This document shows positions 40,176 through 50,362 of a DNA stretch of 64,000 nt, one piece after another (position 1 is the first letter of the stretch; each line of letters begins with the position of its first letter). The position numbers were made by a program, and so were the translations under genes. The notes below the pieces were generated by a model. It searched no databases, was not told where the DNA came from, and saw nothing but the letters and a program-made list of their open reading frames with translations. Origin of the DNA: an uncultured Verrucomicrobiae bacterium (GTDB taxonomy: Bacteria; Verrucomicrobiota; Verrucomicrobiia; Chthoniobacterales; UBA10450); NCBI GenBank assembly GCA_963756875.1, contig CAVWPA010000003.1, positions 320,001-384,000 of the forward strand. Direction: 5' to 3'.

Positions 40176-43100
40176 ATGAGATTTCGGCGGAGACGAGACG
40201 GTCACGTGTTGGTGGTCGGCATCTTCCAGGGCCCGGAGACCGGGCGGGCTGTATTGAGAAATCTCCGCCGGGCAGGGTTTCACCGTGCTGCTGCAATTTA
40301 CTCTTCGGCCATGGGTCGCCTGCGGGTTGACGAACGCGGCCTCTCGGCGTTAGGCGGAGCGGCCACCGCTTCCGCTCTGAGCGTGGCCCTTGGCGCAATC
40401 ATCTTCTGGGAGCGCGCAACACTGGCCGGGTACGGTCCAGCCCGGCTTGCGCTGCTTCTGGGTGCTTTCGCAGCGGTTGGCGTTCTAGCCGGCTGGCTTC
40501 TTGTCCGGTTGCTTCGGCAGCATGTCGATGATGCGAGCCTGGCGCGGTGCACCCGCTCGATCCTGCCGGATGAAGTGATGGTCATCGCTGAGGTCAAAGC
40601 CAGCGAAACGGCGCGCGTGCTGGCGATTTTGCGGGACGTGGAAGCAGAGGCGCCAGTGACGTTTGCTTTTCACTCGCCGCCGCCTTTCCCATTTGAATCA
40701 ACCACGCGACCGCTCGGTCATGAACTGCCTTCGGGCCAGCGGCTCGAGGAAAATGCGGCGCGCCTTGCAGTCGCGATCCCGGTCGACCGCGAAACGAAGC
40801 CGCGCGGGCCATCCTTTCTGCGCCGGCTGGGCGAGATCGAGCACGCGCTGGAATGGATAAACGCGAGTCTCACGATGTCGGCCGAGGTGCATCACGCCTT
40901 CACGCTTTCGGCGGAATGGCTGCTCGATAACGCCTATCTGACCCGAGAACAGATAGCCGATCTGCAGGGGAGCCTCCCGCAAGAATATTATGGCGAGCTG
41001 CCTCTCATCGCCACTGGCTCCGAAGCGGGATTGCCGCGGGTTTACCAGGTGGCCTCGGAAATGGTGGCCGAGACCGGCGGCGCATTGGAGCCGGAGATCA
41101 TCCGGAAATTTCTTGTCGCTTTTCAGGCGACTGCGCCGCTGGACATTGGAGAACTCTGGGCCCTCCCACTGATGCTGCGATTGCAGTTGCTGGAAGGTCT
41201 GCGCGCGCTCGCGATCCAGGTCGAGCAACAGCAAAGCCAGAGCGAAGAGGCGGACTTTTGGTCGAATCGGCTCATCACCGCTGTGCGCCACGGTTCGCCA
41301 CGGTTGCTTAAGCGGATGGAGGAACTGGTGGAACGCTATCCCGAGCCGATGCCGCATTTTGCGAGCGAACTGGTGGCGCATCTCTACGACGAAGAGACGG
41401 CGCTCCCGCTGGTCAGCGGCTGGCTGGAACGCTCGCTCCGTGCACCGCTGCTTGAGGTGATTCAGCAGGAACATCGGCGCCAGGCCGTGCAGCAGACGGC
41501 GCTTGCCAATGTGATCAGTAGTTGCCGCCGCCTTGCGCAAGTCCAGTGGCGGGAACTTTTCCAATCAGCCAGTTGGGCGGAAAGCGAGCTGGCGGCCGAT
41601 CCCGCCGGCGTTTATGCCCGCCAAAATTTTGAGACGCGCGATCGTTGCCGGAGCGCGGTGGAGGAAATCGCCCGATGGTCAAAGTGTTCGGAACAAAAAG
41701 CCATCGACCAGGCGCTGGCGCTGGCGAAAGCCGGCGAGGGCGAAGTGACGCGAAACGTCGGCTATTATTTGATCGACGCGGGCCGGCCGGCGCTCGAGCG
41801 GGCGACAGGCGCGCGAATTTCGTTCGCCGAACGATTCCGCCGATGGCTTCACGCCCACGCGGCGGTCGCATACTTCGGAAGCATTTTCCTGCTCACGGTC
41901 GTGATGGTGGCGGCGCCTCTCCTTTTCATTGCCGGCTTGGTTCCTTGGCTGACAGACGCGCTGCTGGGATTTCTGCTGCTCTTGCCCGCGAGCGAGCTGG
42001 CGGTGCTGGCCGTGAATTATTTTGTGACCTCGCTCCTGTCGCCGCAGGTCTTGCCGAAGATGTCCTTCAAAAAAGAAGGCATTCCCGATGATTGCCGCAC
42101 GCTCGTGGTGGTGCCGATGTTGTTGACCACTCCGGACGCGATCCAAAACGAGCTCAACCGCCTCGAAATTCGTTACCTCGGAAATACGGATGCGAATCTA
42201 CGCTTTTCGCTTCTGACCGATTTTGCCGACGCGCCACGGGAGAACATGCCGGAGGACGCGGAGTATCTCGACATCGTGGCGCGCGGGATCGAGGAACTGA
42301 ATCGCCGGCACGGAGCGGGGCGCTTCTTTCTTTTTCATCGTGGACGATTGTGGAGCGAGAGCGAGCAACGCTGGATCGGCTGGGAGCGCAAGCGCGGCAA
42401 GCTCGAGCAACTGAATCGATTCCTGGTCGGCGAATCCGCGCCCGAGCTGGAAGGATTTCTCCATGCGGGCGATCGCGCGCAACTTGAGGGCATTCGATTC
42501 ATCATCACGCTGGATGCCGATACCCAACTGCTGCGCGACACCGCCCGGAAGATGATCGAAACGCTGGCGCATCCGCTGAATCAGGCGCGCCTTTCGCCGG
42601 ATGGCTGCCACGTGGCTCGTGGTTACACAATCATTCAACCAAGCGTCAGCGCCTCGCTTCCAAGCGCGAGGGCGACATGGTTCTCACGCATTTTTGCCGA
42701 TCCGCGTGGGATCGATCCTTACACGCATGCCGTCTCCGATGTTTACCAGGATCTGATCGGGGAAGGCAGCTATCACGGCAAAGGCATCTATGAACTGCAG
42801 ACGTTTTGCAGCCTCTTGTCCGGCCGGTTTCCAACGGCGCACCTGTTGAGTCACGATCTGCTGGAAGGCTGCCATGTTCGCGTGGGGCTGGCGACCGACA
42901 TCGAGCTGCTGGATGTTTTTCCGAGCAGTTACATCGCGTGGTGGAATCGGCAGCACCGCTGGATTCGCGGCGACTGGCAAATCATTGATTGGCTGAAACC
43001 ACGTGTGCCCGTGGGCGGCGGCGGCACCAAACCCAATCCGCTTTCTGCCTTCAGCCGGTGGAAGATCTTCGATAATCTGCGCCGCAGTCTGGTGCCGCCA

Positions 43101-46100
43101 GCGACCGTGGCTCTCCTCCTGGCAGGCTGGCTTTTCACGCCCGTGCCGATGCTCTGGAGCGGGATCATTGCGGGCCTGATGTTATGGCCGGTCCTGAATT
43201 CTCTCCTCGGCCTTTTGCTCCATCCGCTCCCGCCAGGGTCGCGGTTCTGGCGCGACCCGCGCGACCGTCTGCTGCGCTCCGTGTTCGCGGTTATCTTTCT
43301 GGCGGATTACGCTGGCATGGCACTCGATGCGATCGCTCGCGTCGCCTACCGGCGAATCACATCGCATCGGCTGCTGCTGGAATGGGAGACAGCGCAAGAC
43401 GCCCGCCAGCGCGTAAAAAATCAGCAACTGCGGTTCGTTTTCAACCGGCTTTGGATTCCGGTTGCCTGCGTGATCCTTTCTGCCGGTGCGGCCTGGAGAG
43501 GGACCTCGGCGATGGTGGCCGTGGGCCCGTTCCTCCTTTTGTCGGCGCTCTTTCCGGTGGCGGTGATGCTGATCGATCGCCCCGCGAAGAGCTGGCGCGG
43601 CGGAACGCTAACGGCGGACGATCGGCGATTCCTGCGCACGGCGGCGCGGCGAACCTGGAGATACTTCGATGACTTTGTCGGACCACAGACCTCCTGGCTG
43701 CCGCCGGACAACGTCCAGGAAACGCCCATGCGGGAAATTTTCCTGCGCACTTCACCGACGAACGTTGGGCTGTGGATGCTGGCGACCGTGGCGGCGAATG
43801 ATTTCGGTTACATCACGATCGACGACCTGGTGGCGCGCAATCTCGGCACGCTCGAAACGGTGGGTGGGCTCGAGCGTTTCGAAGGTCATCTCTTTAATTG
43901 GTACAGCCTGAAGACGCTTGAGCCGTTGCATCCTCGTTATGTCTCCACCGTGGACAGCGGTAATTTGCTGGCCAGTCTCTGGACTTTCGAGACCAGCTGC
44001 GACGAACTGGCCGCCCGCCCCCTTGTTGATGCGGGGGCATTGCGTGGAATAGCCGACACGCTCGGCGTGCTCCGGCAAATCGCGGGTGCGTTGAACGAAA
44101 CGGAACGTCCTCCGGCATTTCGCCGCTTGACCGAACTGACCGCGGGCCAGCCGGCGAATCTGGAAGAAGTCATCCAGCGTGTCCGGGCGGCTCGACAGCC
44201 GGCGCAGGATCTTCTGCTCCACTTCCGCGGGACGGAAACCGATCCGCGCACGTATTGGGCGCAACAAATCTCGAAGCAGGTCGCGGCATGGAACGCCGTC
44301 ATCGATAAATATCTTCGGCCGGTGGAGATTCTGATGGAACCGCCGGCGCAATTGATGTCGTTAGGCGAAGCGACGCACGAATCCCGGCGCGAGGCGCTCG
44401 CGGCCACCTTTTCGCTGCGCAACATCGCTGTCGAGGGCATCTCGGGGCTGGTGCCGCTACTTGCTTTTCATGAGCGACGGGAGGACCAGGAGATTCCTCC
44501 CGCCGTGCGCGAGTGGGTCGATCTTCTCGTCACGGAAGTGGAGCATTCGCGCCGGAACGCCTCGGAACAGCTCGCGCAATTGGACGAATTGATCGCCCAG
44601 AGCCAGCAACTGGAAGGCGGCATGGGGCTGCGATTTCTCTACGATGAGGAACGGCGGATTTTTGCCATCGGCTACCAGGTGGCAGAGCGCCGGCTCGACA
44701 CCTCGTTTTACGATCTCCTGGCGAGCGAAGCACGCCTAACGAGTTTCCTGGCGATCGCGCGCGGAGAAGTGCCGGTGGAACATTGGTGGGCTTTGAGCCG
44801 GCCCTTTGGTTCCGCCTACGGGCGGCTGCCGCTCCTTTCCTGGAGCGGGACGATGTTCGAATATTTGATGCCGCTCTTGTTCACCCAGACCAACGAGAAT
44901 TCGCTGCTTGATCGCGCCTGTTACGATGCCGTGCACTGTCAGATTGCCTACGCCCGGCAGAACAGCGTGCCGTGGGGCATCTCTGAATCCGCCTTCAGCG
45001 CGCTCGACCGGCACAACGTTTATCAATATCGGGCCTTTGGCGTGCCGGCGCTGGCGTTGAGGCGCACGCAGGAACATGATGTGGTCGTCGCGCCATATGC
45101 CGCAGCGCTCGCTCTCGCTGTGGAACCGGCCGCCGCGATCAAGAATCTGCGGCGGCTCGCCACCCTGGGCGACTCGGCGCTGCTCGGCGACTATGGCTAC
45201 TACGAAGCGATCGATTATTCGCGACGGACCGAACCCGGGGGCGCGGCCGGGATTATCATCCATTGCTATATGGTACATCACCAGGGAATGTCGCTCCTCG
45301 CCTACGACAACGCTTTACATGGCAACGCGATGCGAAGGCGGTTTCATTCCGATCCGCGTATTCGCGCCACCGAGCCGCTCCTGCACGAGCACATCCCCGA
45401 ACAAATTTTGCCGACCGCCGGTGACATGCACGAAGAACGACCGCTGCTCCGGACGATTCCGAGCGTCGGCGCGGCGGACGTGGCGCAGACACCGGAGGTC
45501 TCTTCACCGCGCATTCACCTTCTCTCCAACGGAACCTGCTCCGTCACGGTAACGAACTCCGGCGGCGGTTACTTGCGCTGGCTGGATCTGGACGTCACAC
45601 GCTGGCACGCCGATACGACCTGCGACGTCTCGGGTCCGGTTTGTTATATCCGGGATCTGGAAGGTGGAACGATCTGGAGCAACACCCATCAACCGGTGCG
45701 ATCGCCGGAGCGGCGTTACACCTGGAGTTTCACGCCGGACAAAGCGGAGTTTCGGCGAAGAAGCGGCCCGTGCGAGACCATCACGGAAATTGCCGTCTCC
45801 GCGGAAGAGGACGCGGAAGTCCGGCGCGTGACCCTGGTCAATACCTCGCGCAAATCGTGCCGCCTGGAGCTGACCAGTTATCTCGAGCTCGCCCTCGCGC
45901 CGCACCGGACCGATCGCGCGCATCCCGCTTTCAACAAGCTCTTCATCGAAACCGAATGGCTGCCGCATTGCGAAACGCTGGTCGCCCGACGCCGGCTCCG
46001 CGCACCCGACGACCAGCCGATCTGGGCCGCGCATCTTATGGTTCCCGAATCCTCTTCCACCGCTGCGACCGAGTTTGAAACCGATCGCGCCCAATTCCTC

Positions 46101-49100
46101 GGCCGGGGTCGCACGCCGGCAAATCCCGAAGCGATCACCCGCAGCCTAACGAATAGTGTCGGCGCCGTTCTCGATCCGATCTTTAGCCTGCGTCGTCGTG
46201 TCACGATCCTGCCTAACGAGCGCTTTCAGTTTGCGCTCGTGACCGTGGTGGCCGAATCGCGCGAAGCGGTTGTGGCGCTGGCCGAGCGCTACTCGGAGTT
46301 CCACACCTGCGCGCGCGCTTTTGAAACCGCGTGGACCCATTCCCAACTCGAGATGCGCCGGCTCCACATCCGGCCAGGTGATGCGCAAACTTTTCAACAT
46401 CTGGCGGCGCTCATTATCTTTCCGCAGGCCCAACTTCGACCACCGCCCGCGCGTCTCGGCCGCCGTGCCGAGGGTCAGCATGCGCTCTGGCGGCTGGGCA
46501 TTTCCGGGGACCTGCCGATTGTCGCCATAATGATCGGTCACCTCCGCGACATCGAAGTTGTGCGCGAGATTTTGACTGCGCATACCTTTTGGAGTCTGCG
46601 TGGCTTGAAGGTCGATCTCGTGCTCGTGAGCGAGGAACCACCGAGTTATGACGAACCGCTGACCGCCCACCTGCGCCAGCTCACGGAAGCGCAGGCCCAC
46701 CTGACCGGCGTGGATCAACCCGGCGGCGTTTATCTCCGCTCGGCGACTAAAATTTCGAAGGAAGAGTTGATCGTGCTTCAGGCTGCTGCGCGGATGGTCC
46801 TGGTCGCGGCCCGCGGCACGCTCCGCCAGCAGCTTGCCGCGACCACACCGGTCATCGTGAAACCGCAGCGAATAAGGCCTGCCCGGCAATTCCAAGAGGA
46901 GCCCTCCGCGCCGCTGGCCTTCATGGAGTTGAAATACTTCAACGGCCTTGGCGGCTTTACCGAGGACGGAAAGGAATTCGTCATCTATCTGGGTCCCGGC
47001 CGCCAAACGCCGCTTCCCTGGATCAACATCATGTCCAATCCGAAGTTCGGCGCGTTTGTTTCCGAGTCGGGCGCCGAATGTGTCTGGGGCCGCAACAGCC
47101 AGACCGATCGCCTCACGCCGTGGTTCAACGACCCGATCTCCGATCCGCCCGGCACGGCCATCTACATCCGCGATGAGGACATGGGCGTCGTCTGGTCGCC
47201 CACGCCGCAACCGATCCGGGAGAAGGACGCTTATCGCGCGCGACATGGCCAGGGTTACACAACTTTTGAACACAACAGCCACGCGATCGAACAACGGCTG
47301 CTCACTTTCGTGCCGGTCGATGACACCGGCGGCCAGCCGGTTCGCCTGCAGCGGCTGCGTTTGCGCAACAATTCGTCGCGCCGGCGGAAGCTGACTGTCA
47401 CCTCCTACGCCACTCTTGTTCTCGGATCCGATCCCGAGGAAACCGGCATGCATGTGGTCACGAAATGGGATTTGCAGAGCCAGAGCCTGTTCGCCCGCAA
47501 CTCCTACAACCCGGAGTTTTGCGACTGCATCACTTTTGCCACTTCGACTCCAACGCCTGCTTCGTTCACCGGTGATCGCGCTGTGTTTATCGGACGTAAC
47601 CGCTCGCTGCGCGATCCCGCCGCGATGGAGCACGAACGATTGACCGGCGACGTTGGCGCCGGCTTCGATCCTTGCGCCGCCGTGCAGGTCGTGGTCGAGA
47701 TCGAACCCGGACAGAGCGCCGAGATGACTTTTCTTCTCGGGCAGACGGACGACGAAGAAAAAGCGCGCGCACTTGTGAAGCGATTCCGCGATCCTGTGAA
47801 CGTCGAAGCCGCATTTCAGGAAACCAAGCGTTGGTGGGAGCGTCTCCTGAGCACGATCGAAGTGGAGACGCCGGAACTTTCGACAACTTTTCTGCTCAAC
47901 CGCTGGCTGGTTTATCAGACGCTTAGTTGCCGCCTCTGGGGCCGCACCGCTCTTTATCAATCGAGCGGCGCTTACGGCTTCCGCGATCAATTGCAGGATG
48001 TGATGGCGCTGGTGCACGCCGCGCCCGATCTCGCGCACGACCACATCCTGCGCGCGGCCGCGCGACAATTTGTGGAAGGGGATGTCCAGCACTGGTGGCA
48101 TCCTGATTCAGGCGCGGGTGTCCGCACTCGGATCAGTGACGATTTTCTCTGGCTTCCCTTCGTCACGGCACATTACGTCCGCACCACCGGCGATGCTGCG
48201 ATCCTGGACCAGATGGTTCCGTTCCTTGAAGCCAAACCGCTCGAGGCCGAACAGATCGAGAGCCTTTCCATTCCGGTCGTTTCCCACACGCAAGGGTCGC
48301 TACTCGAACATTGCCGGCGCGCCGTCGCGCGCGCCGCCACGGCCGGTCCGCACGGGCTGCCGCTGATCGGAAGCGGCGATTGGAACGACGGCCTCAACCG
48401 GGTCGGGATTGGTGGCAAAGGCGAGAGCGTCTGGCTGGCATGGTTTGAGATTTGCGTGCTCCATGATTTCGCGGAGTTGCTCACTCTGCGCGAGTTGGGC
48501 GAGGAAGCGAAAGCCTGCCGCGCCCGCTCCGCTGAGTTGGCGAAAAGAGTCGACGCTCAGGCTTGGGACGGAGCCTGGTATCGTCGCGCATATTTTGACG
48601 ATGGCACCCCTCTCGGTTCGAGCGAAAACGCCGAAGCACGGATCGATTCGATTCCGCAAACCTGGGCCGCGATCTCCGGCGCGGGCGGTTCCGATCGCGT
48701 CGAGGTCGCCCTGCGATCGCTCGAGGAAAATCTCGTCCGTGAAGCCGACGATCTGATCCTGCTGTTCACTCCCCCTTTTGACAAAACCACCGCCGACGTT
48801 GGCTACATCAAGGGTTATCCGCCCGGCGTGCGGGAAAACGGCGGTCAATACACGCATGCCGCTACCTGGGTACCCATGGCTTTCGCACGCCGGGGCGATG
48901 GCGACAAAGCCGTCCGGCTTTTGCGGATGTTGAATTCAGTCGAGCGTGCTCGGGAAGAAGAAAGTTGCGAACGCTATAAAGTCGAGCCTTACGTCATGGC
49001 GGGCGACGTTTACTCGTTAGCCGGCCACGTCGGACGCGGTGGTTGGAGTTGGTACACGGGCTCGGCGGCCTGGACGTATCGCGTCTGGCTCGAGGAAGTC

Positions 49101-49355
49101 TTGGGTTTCCAGCGTCGCGGCGACACGCTCACGATCAACCCGGTCATACCGAAAGATTGGGACGGCTTTCATCTAAAATACCGTTATCAGAACACCCTTT
49201 ATCGCATCGCGGTCGAAAATCCCGGCCACTGTTCCCGCGGTGTCGTCCTGGTGGAACTAGATGGAACTGCAGTGGCCGACAAAATCGTGGCACTGCGTGA
49301 CGACGCACATCCTCACGAGGTGCGCGTCGTCCTGGGAACGGAACCGCCGGCGTGA
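40176..49355 (+). CDS. ndvB: Cyclic beta-1,2-glucan synthase (GT84 + GH94; NdvB/ChvB/Cgs type), about 3,059 aa
   Basis: EWLLDN, GWERKRGKL, TLDADT, SHDLLEG, RWIRGDWQ, YDLLASEARL, WGISES, YQSSGAYGFRDQLQD, GDWNDG, ENGGQYTH, WYTGSA. Start at ATG 40176 is inferred. Confidence 0.9.
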   Translation: MRFRRRRDGHVLVVGIFQGPETGRAVLRNLRRAGFHRAAAIYSSAMGRLRVDERGLSALGGAATASALSVALGAIIFWERATLAGYGPARLALLLGAFAAVGVLAGWLLVRLLRQHVDDASLARCTRSILPDEVMVIAEVKASETARVLAILRDVEAEAPVTFAFHSPPPFPFESTTRPLGHELPSGQRLEENAARLAVAIPVDRETKPRGPSFLRRLGEIEHALEWINASLTMSAEVHHAFTLSAEWLLDNAYLTREQIADLQGSLPQEYYGELPLIATGSEAGLPRVYQVASEMVAETGGALEPEIIRKFLVAFQATAPLDIGELWALPLMLRLQLLEGLRALAIQVEQQQSQSEEADFWSNRLITAVRHGSPRLLKRMEELVERYPEPMPHFASELVAHLYDEETALPLVSGWLERSLRAPLLEVIQQEHRRQAVQQTALANVISSCRRLAQVQWRELFQSASWAESELAADPAGVYARQNFETRDRCRSAVEEIARWSKCSEQKAIDQALALAKAGEGEVTRNVGYYLIDAGRPALERATGARISFAERFRRWLHAHAAVAYFGSIFLLTVVMVAAPLLFIAGLVPWLTDALLGFLLLLPASELAVLAVNYFVTSLLSPQVLPKMSFKKEGIPDDCRTLVVVPMLLTTPDAIQNELNRLEIRYLGNTDANLRFSLLTDFADAPRENMPEDAEYLDIVARGIEELNRRHGAGRFFLFHRGRLWSESEQRWIGWERKRGKLEQLNRFLVGESAPELEGFLHAGDRAQLEGIRFIITLDADTQLLRDTARKMIETLAHPLNQARLSPDGCHVARGYTIIQPSVSASLPSARATWFSRIFADPRGIDPYTHAVSDVYQDLIGEGSYHGKGIYELQTFCSLLSGRFPTAHLLSHDLLEGCHVRVGLATDIELLDVFPSSYIAWWNRQHRWIRGDWQIIDWLKPRVPVGGGGTKPNPLSAFSRWKIFDNLRRSLVPPATVALLLAGWLFTPVPMLWSGIIAGLMLWPVLNSLLGLLLHPLPPGSRFWRDPRDRLLRSVFAVIFLADYAGMALDAIARVAYRRITSHRLLLEWETAQDARQRVKNQQLRFVFNRLWIPVACVILSAGAAWRGTSAMVAVGPFLLLSALFPVAVMLIDRPAKSWRGGTLTADDRRFLRTAARRTWRYFDDFVGPQTSWLPPDNVQETPMREIFLRTSPTNVGLWMLATVAANDFGYITIDDLVARNLGTLETVGGLERFEGHLFNWYSLKTLEPLHPRYVSTVDSGNLLASLWTFETSCDELAARPLVDAGALRGIADTLGVLRQIAGALNETERPPAFRRLTELTAGQPANLEEVIQRVRAARQPAQDLLLHFRGTETDPRTYWAQQISKQVAAWNAVIDKYLRPVEILMEPPAQLMSLGEATHESRREALAATFSLRNIAVEGISGLVPLLAFHERREDQEIPPAVREWVDLLVTEVEHSRRNASEQLAQLDELIAQSQQLEGGMGLRFLYDEERRIFAIGYQVAERRLDTSFYDLLASEARLTSFLAIARGEVPVEHWWALSRPFGSAYGRLPLLSWSGTMFEYLMPLLFTQTNENSLLDRACYDAVHCQIAYARQNSVPWGISESAFSALDRHNVYQYRAFGVPALALRRTQEHDVVVAPYAAALALAVEPAAAIKNLRRLATLGDSALLGDYGYYEAIDYSRRTEPGGAAGIIIHCYMVHHQGMSLLAYDNALHGNAMRRRFHSDPRIRATEPLLHEHIPEQILPTAGDMHEERPLLRTIPSVGAADVAQTPEVSSPRIHLLSNGTCSVTVTNSGGGYLRWLDLDVTRWHADTTCDVSGPVCYIRDLEGGTIWSNTHQPVRSPERRYTWSFTPDKAEFRRRSGPCETITEIAVSAEEDAEVRRVTLVNTSRKSCRLELTSYLELALAPHRTDRAHPAFNKLFIETEWLPHCETLVARRRLRAPDDQPIWAAHLMVPESSSTAATEFETDRAQFLGRGRTPANPEAITRSLTNSVGAVLDPIFSLRRRVTILPNERFQFALVTVVAESREAVVALAERYSEFHTCARAFETAWTHSQLEMRRLHIRPGDAQTFQHLAALIIFPQAQLRPPPARLGRRAEGQHALWRLGISGDLPIVAIMIGHLRDIEVVREILTAHTFWSLRGLKVDLVLVSEEPPSYDEPLTAHLRQLTEAQAHLTGVDQPGGVYLRSATKISKEELIVLQAAARMVLVAARGTLRQQLAATTPVIVKPQRIRPARQFQEEPSAPLAFMELKYFNGLGGFTEDGKEFVIYLGPGRQTPLPWINIMSNPKFGAFVSESGAECVWGRNSQTDRLTPWFNDPISDPPGTAIYIRDEDMGVVWSPTPQPIREKDAYRARHGQGYTTFEHNSHAIEQRLLTFVPVDDTGGQPVRLQRLRLRNNSSRRRKLTVTSYATLVLGSDPEETGMHVVTKWDLQSQSLFARNSYNPEFCDCITFATSTPTPASFTGDRAVFIGRNRSLRDPAAMEHERLTGDVGAGFDPCAAVQVVVEIEPGQSAEMTFLLGQTDDEEKARALVKRFRDPVNVEAAFQETKRWWERLLSTIEVETPELSTTFLLNRWLVYQTLSCRLWGRTALYQSSGAYGFRDQLQDVMALVHAAPDLAHDHILRAAARQFVEGDVQHWWHPDSGAGVRTRISDDFLWLPFVTAHYVRTTGDAAILDQMVPFLEAKPLEAEQIESLSIPVVSHTQGSLLEHCRRAVARAATAGPHGLPLIGSGDWNDGLNRVGIGGKGESVWLAWFEICVLHDFAELLTLRELGEEAKACRARSAELAKRVDAQAWDGAWYRRAYFDDGTPLGSSENAEARIDSIPQTWAAISGAGGSDRVEVALRSLEENLVREADDLILLFTPPFDKTTADVGYIKGYPPGVRENGGQYTHAATWVPMAFARRGDGDKAVRLLRMLNSVERAREEESCERYKVEPYVMAGDVYSLAGHVGRGGWSWYTGSAAWTYRVWLEEVLGFQRRGDTLTINPVIPKDWDGFHLKYRYQNTLYRIAVENPGHCSRGVVLVELDGTAVADKIVALRDDAHPHEVRVVLGTEPPA

Positions 49356-49488
49356 GGCGGCGATCTTGCGATAGACGACGTCCGATCCCAAATTTTACGC
49401 GCAAGATCTGAACAGACTCTCGCAAATGCCGATAAGCCAATGAGCCGCCTGCGGTTCAGAGTGAGAACGAAAGAAGGGAACAAGAACA

Positions 49489-49899
49489 ATGAACAAAAAT
49501 CCTCTGAACAAAGGTATTTTAACTGAGAACGCGATCGGTATCGGTACGGTGACTCCAGAGATGGTTGAGACTCGTGCGCGTGAATTAGCCGCTATCGCAG
49601 GTCGTGTTCCTTCGCAAAGGTCCGAGGTTGATTATGAACAGGCCAAACGTGAATTGACGGGCGGACCGGATATGGATGTTGAAGAAGCGGTTCTTGAATC
49701 GATGCCCGAATCGGAACGCTGGGATCCCGTGCGGGGCTCGACTGGACACCACACGCCGGAGTCGTTTGGCGAAGACGAAGATAGCGAAGGACGGAGCGAG
49801 AGTGCGCAACTTGTCGAAGAAGGAATCAAAGAAGCGGAGCACGATCAGATGCTCCAAGCAGCCCGGGCAGCTCAGAAAAGGGGCCCACGCGAACCGTGA
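49489..49899 (+). CDS. Acidic hypothetical protein with a DUF2934-like N-terminal motif
   Basis: VETRARELA.IAGR...DYEQAKREL. Purine-rich leader. Confidence 0.7.
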   Translation: MNKNPLNKGILTENAIGIGTVTPEMVETRARELAAIAGRVPSQRSEVDYEQAKRELTGGPDMDVEEAVLESMPESERWDPVRGSTGHHTPESFGEDEDSEGRSESAQLVEEGIKEAEHDQMLQAARAAQKRGPREP

Positions 49900-49987
49900 G
49901 CTGCGGAGGCTACGTGCTCCGATCGTGCGTCATGAAATCGGTTCAACTTAAGCAGATAGGGAGTGGCCCACTTGTTGAGATCGGCTT

Positions 49988-50350
49988 CTAGTCGTGTATC
50001 AGCCAAGTCCGTGCTTCCTCTATCGTGCCGGTTTCAAAATAACGAATCTTCGCGGTGGTGAACGGCCGGCAAAAAGCGGCCATCCATTCCTCCCATTTCT
50101 TGTCGCCGACCATGGCGATCCGCTCGATGTCCGATAAATGTTTCACACCGAGTTTGAGATCGTCCCAGCCCGCCTGCGGTTCCCAGCCGTGAAAGTCCAC
50201 CATTTCAAATAGCAGCCGGACTTTGCCATGGCTTTTTATGAGACGATCGAACTCCGGGACGAAGCGCTGGTAATCCTGATGCACCAGTTTGCCCGTGACC
50301 TGGACTTCCAGAACCTTGCCGCCCTCTTTTTCAGTCAGTTGTACCGGCAT
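49988..50350 (-). CDS. STAS/SEC14 (SpoIIAA-like) domain protein
   Basis: GKL...DY, GKVRLL, GWE..A.WDD, RIAMVG...W, EEARTWL. AAGGAG ribosome-binding site. Confidence 0.88.
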   Translation of the reverse strand: MPVQLTEKEGGKVLEVQVTGKLVHQDYQRFVPEFDRLIKSHGKVRLLFEMVDFHGWEPQAGWDDLKLGVKHLSDIERIAMVGDKKWEEWMAAFCRPFTTAKIRYFETGTIEEARTWLIHD

Positions 50351-50362
50351 ATTTGTCTCCTT

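Noticed and set aside
46146..48101. 651-aa minus-strand ORF
   Set aside because: Antisense shadow of the glucan synthase.
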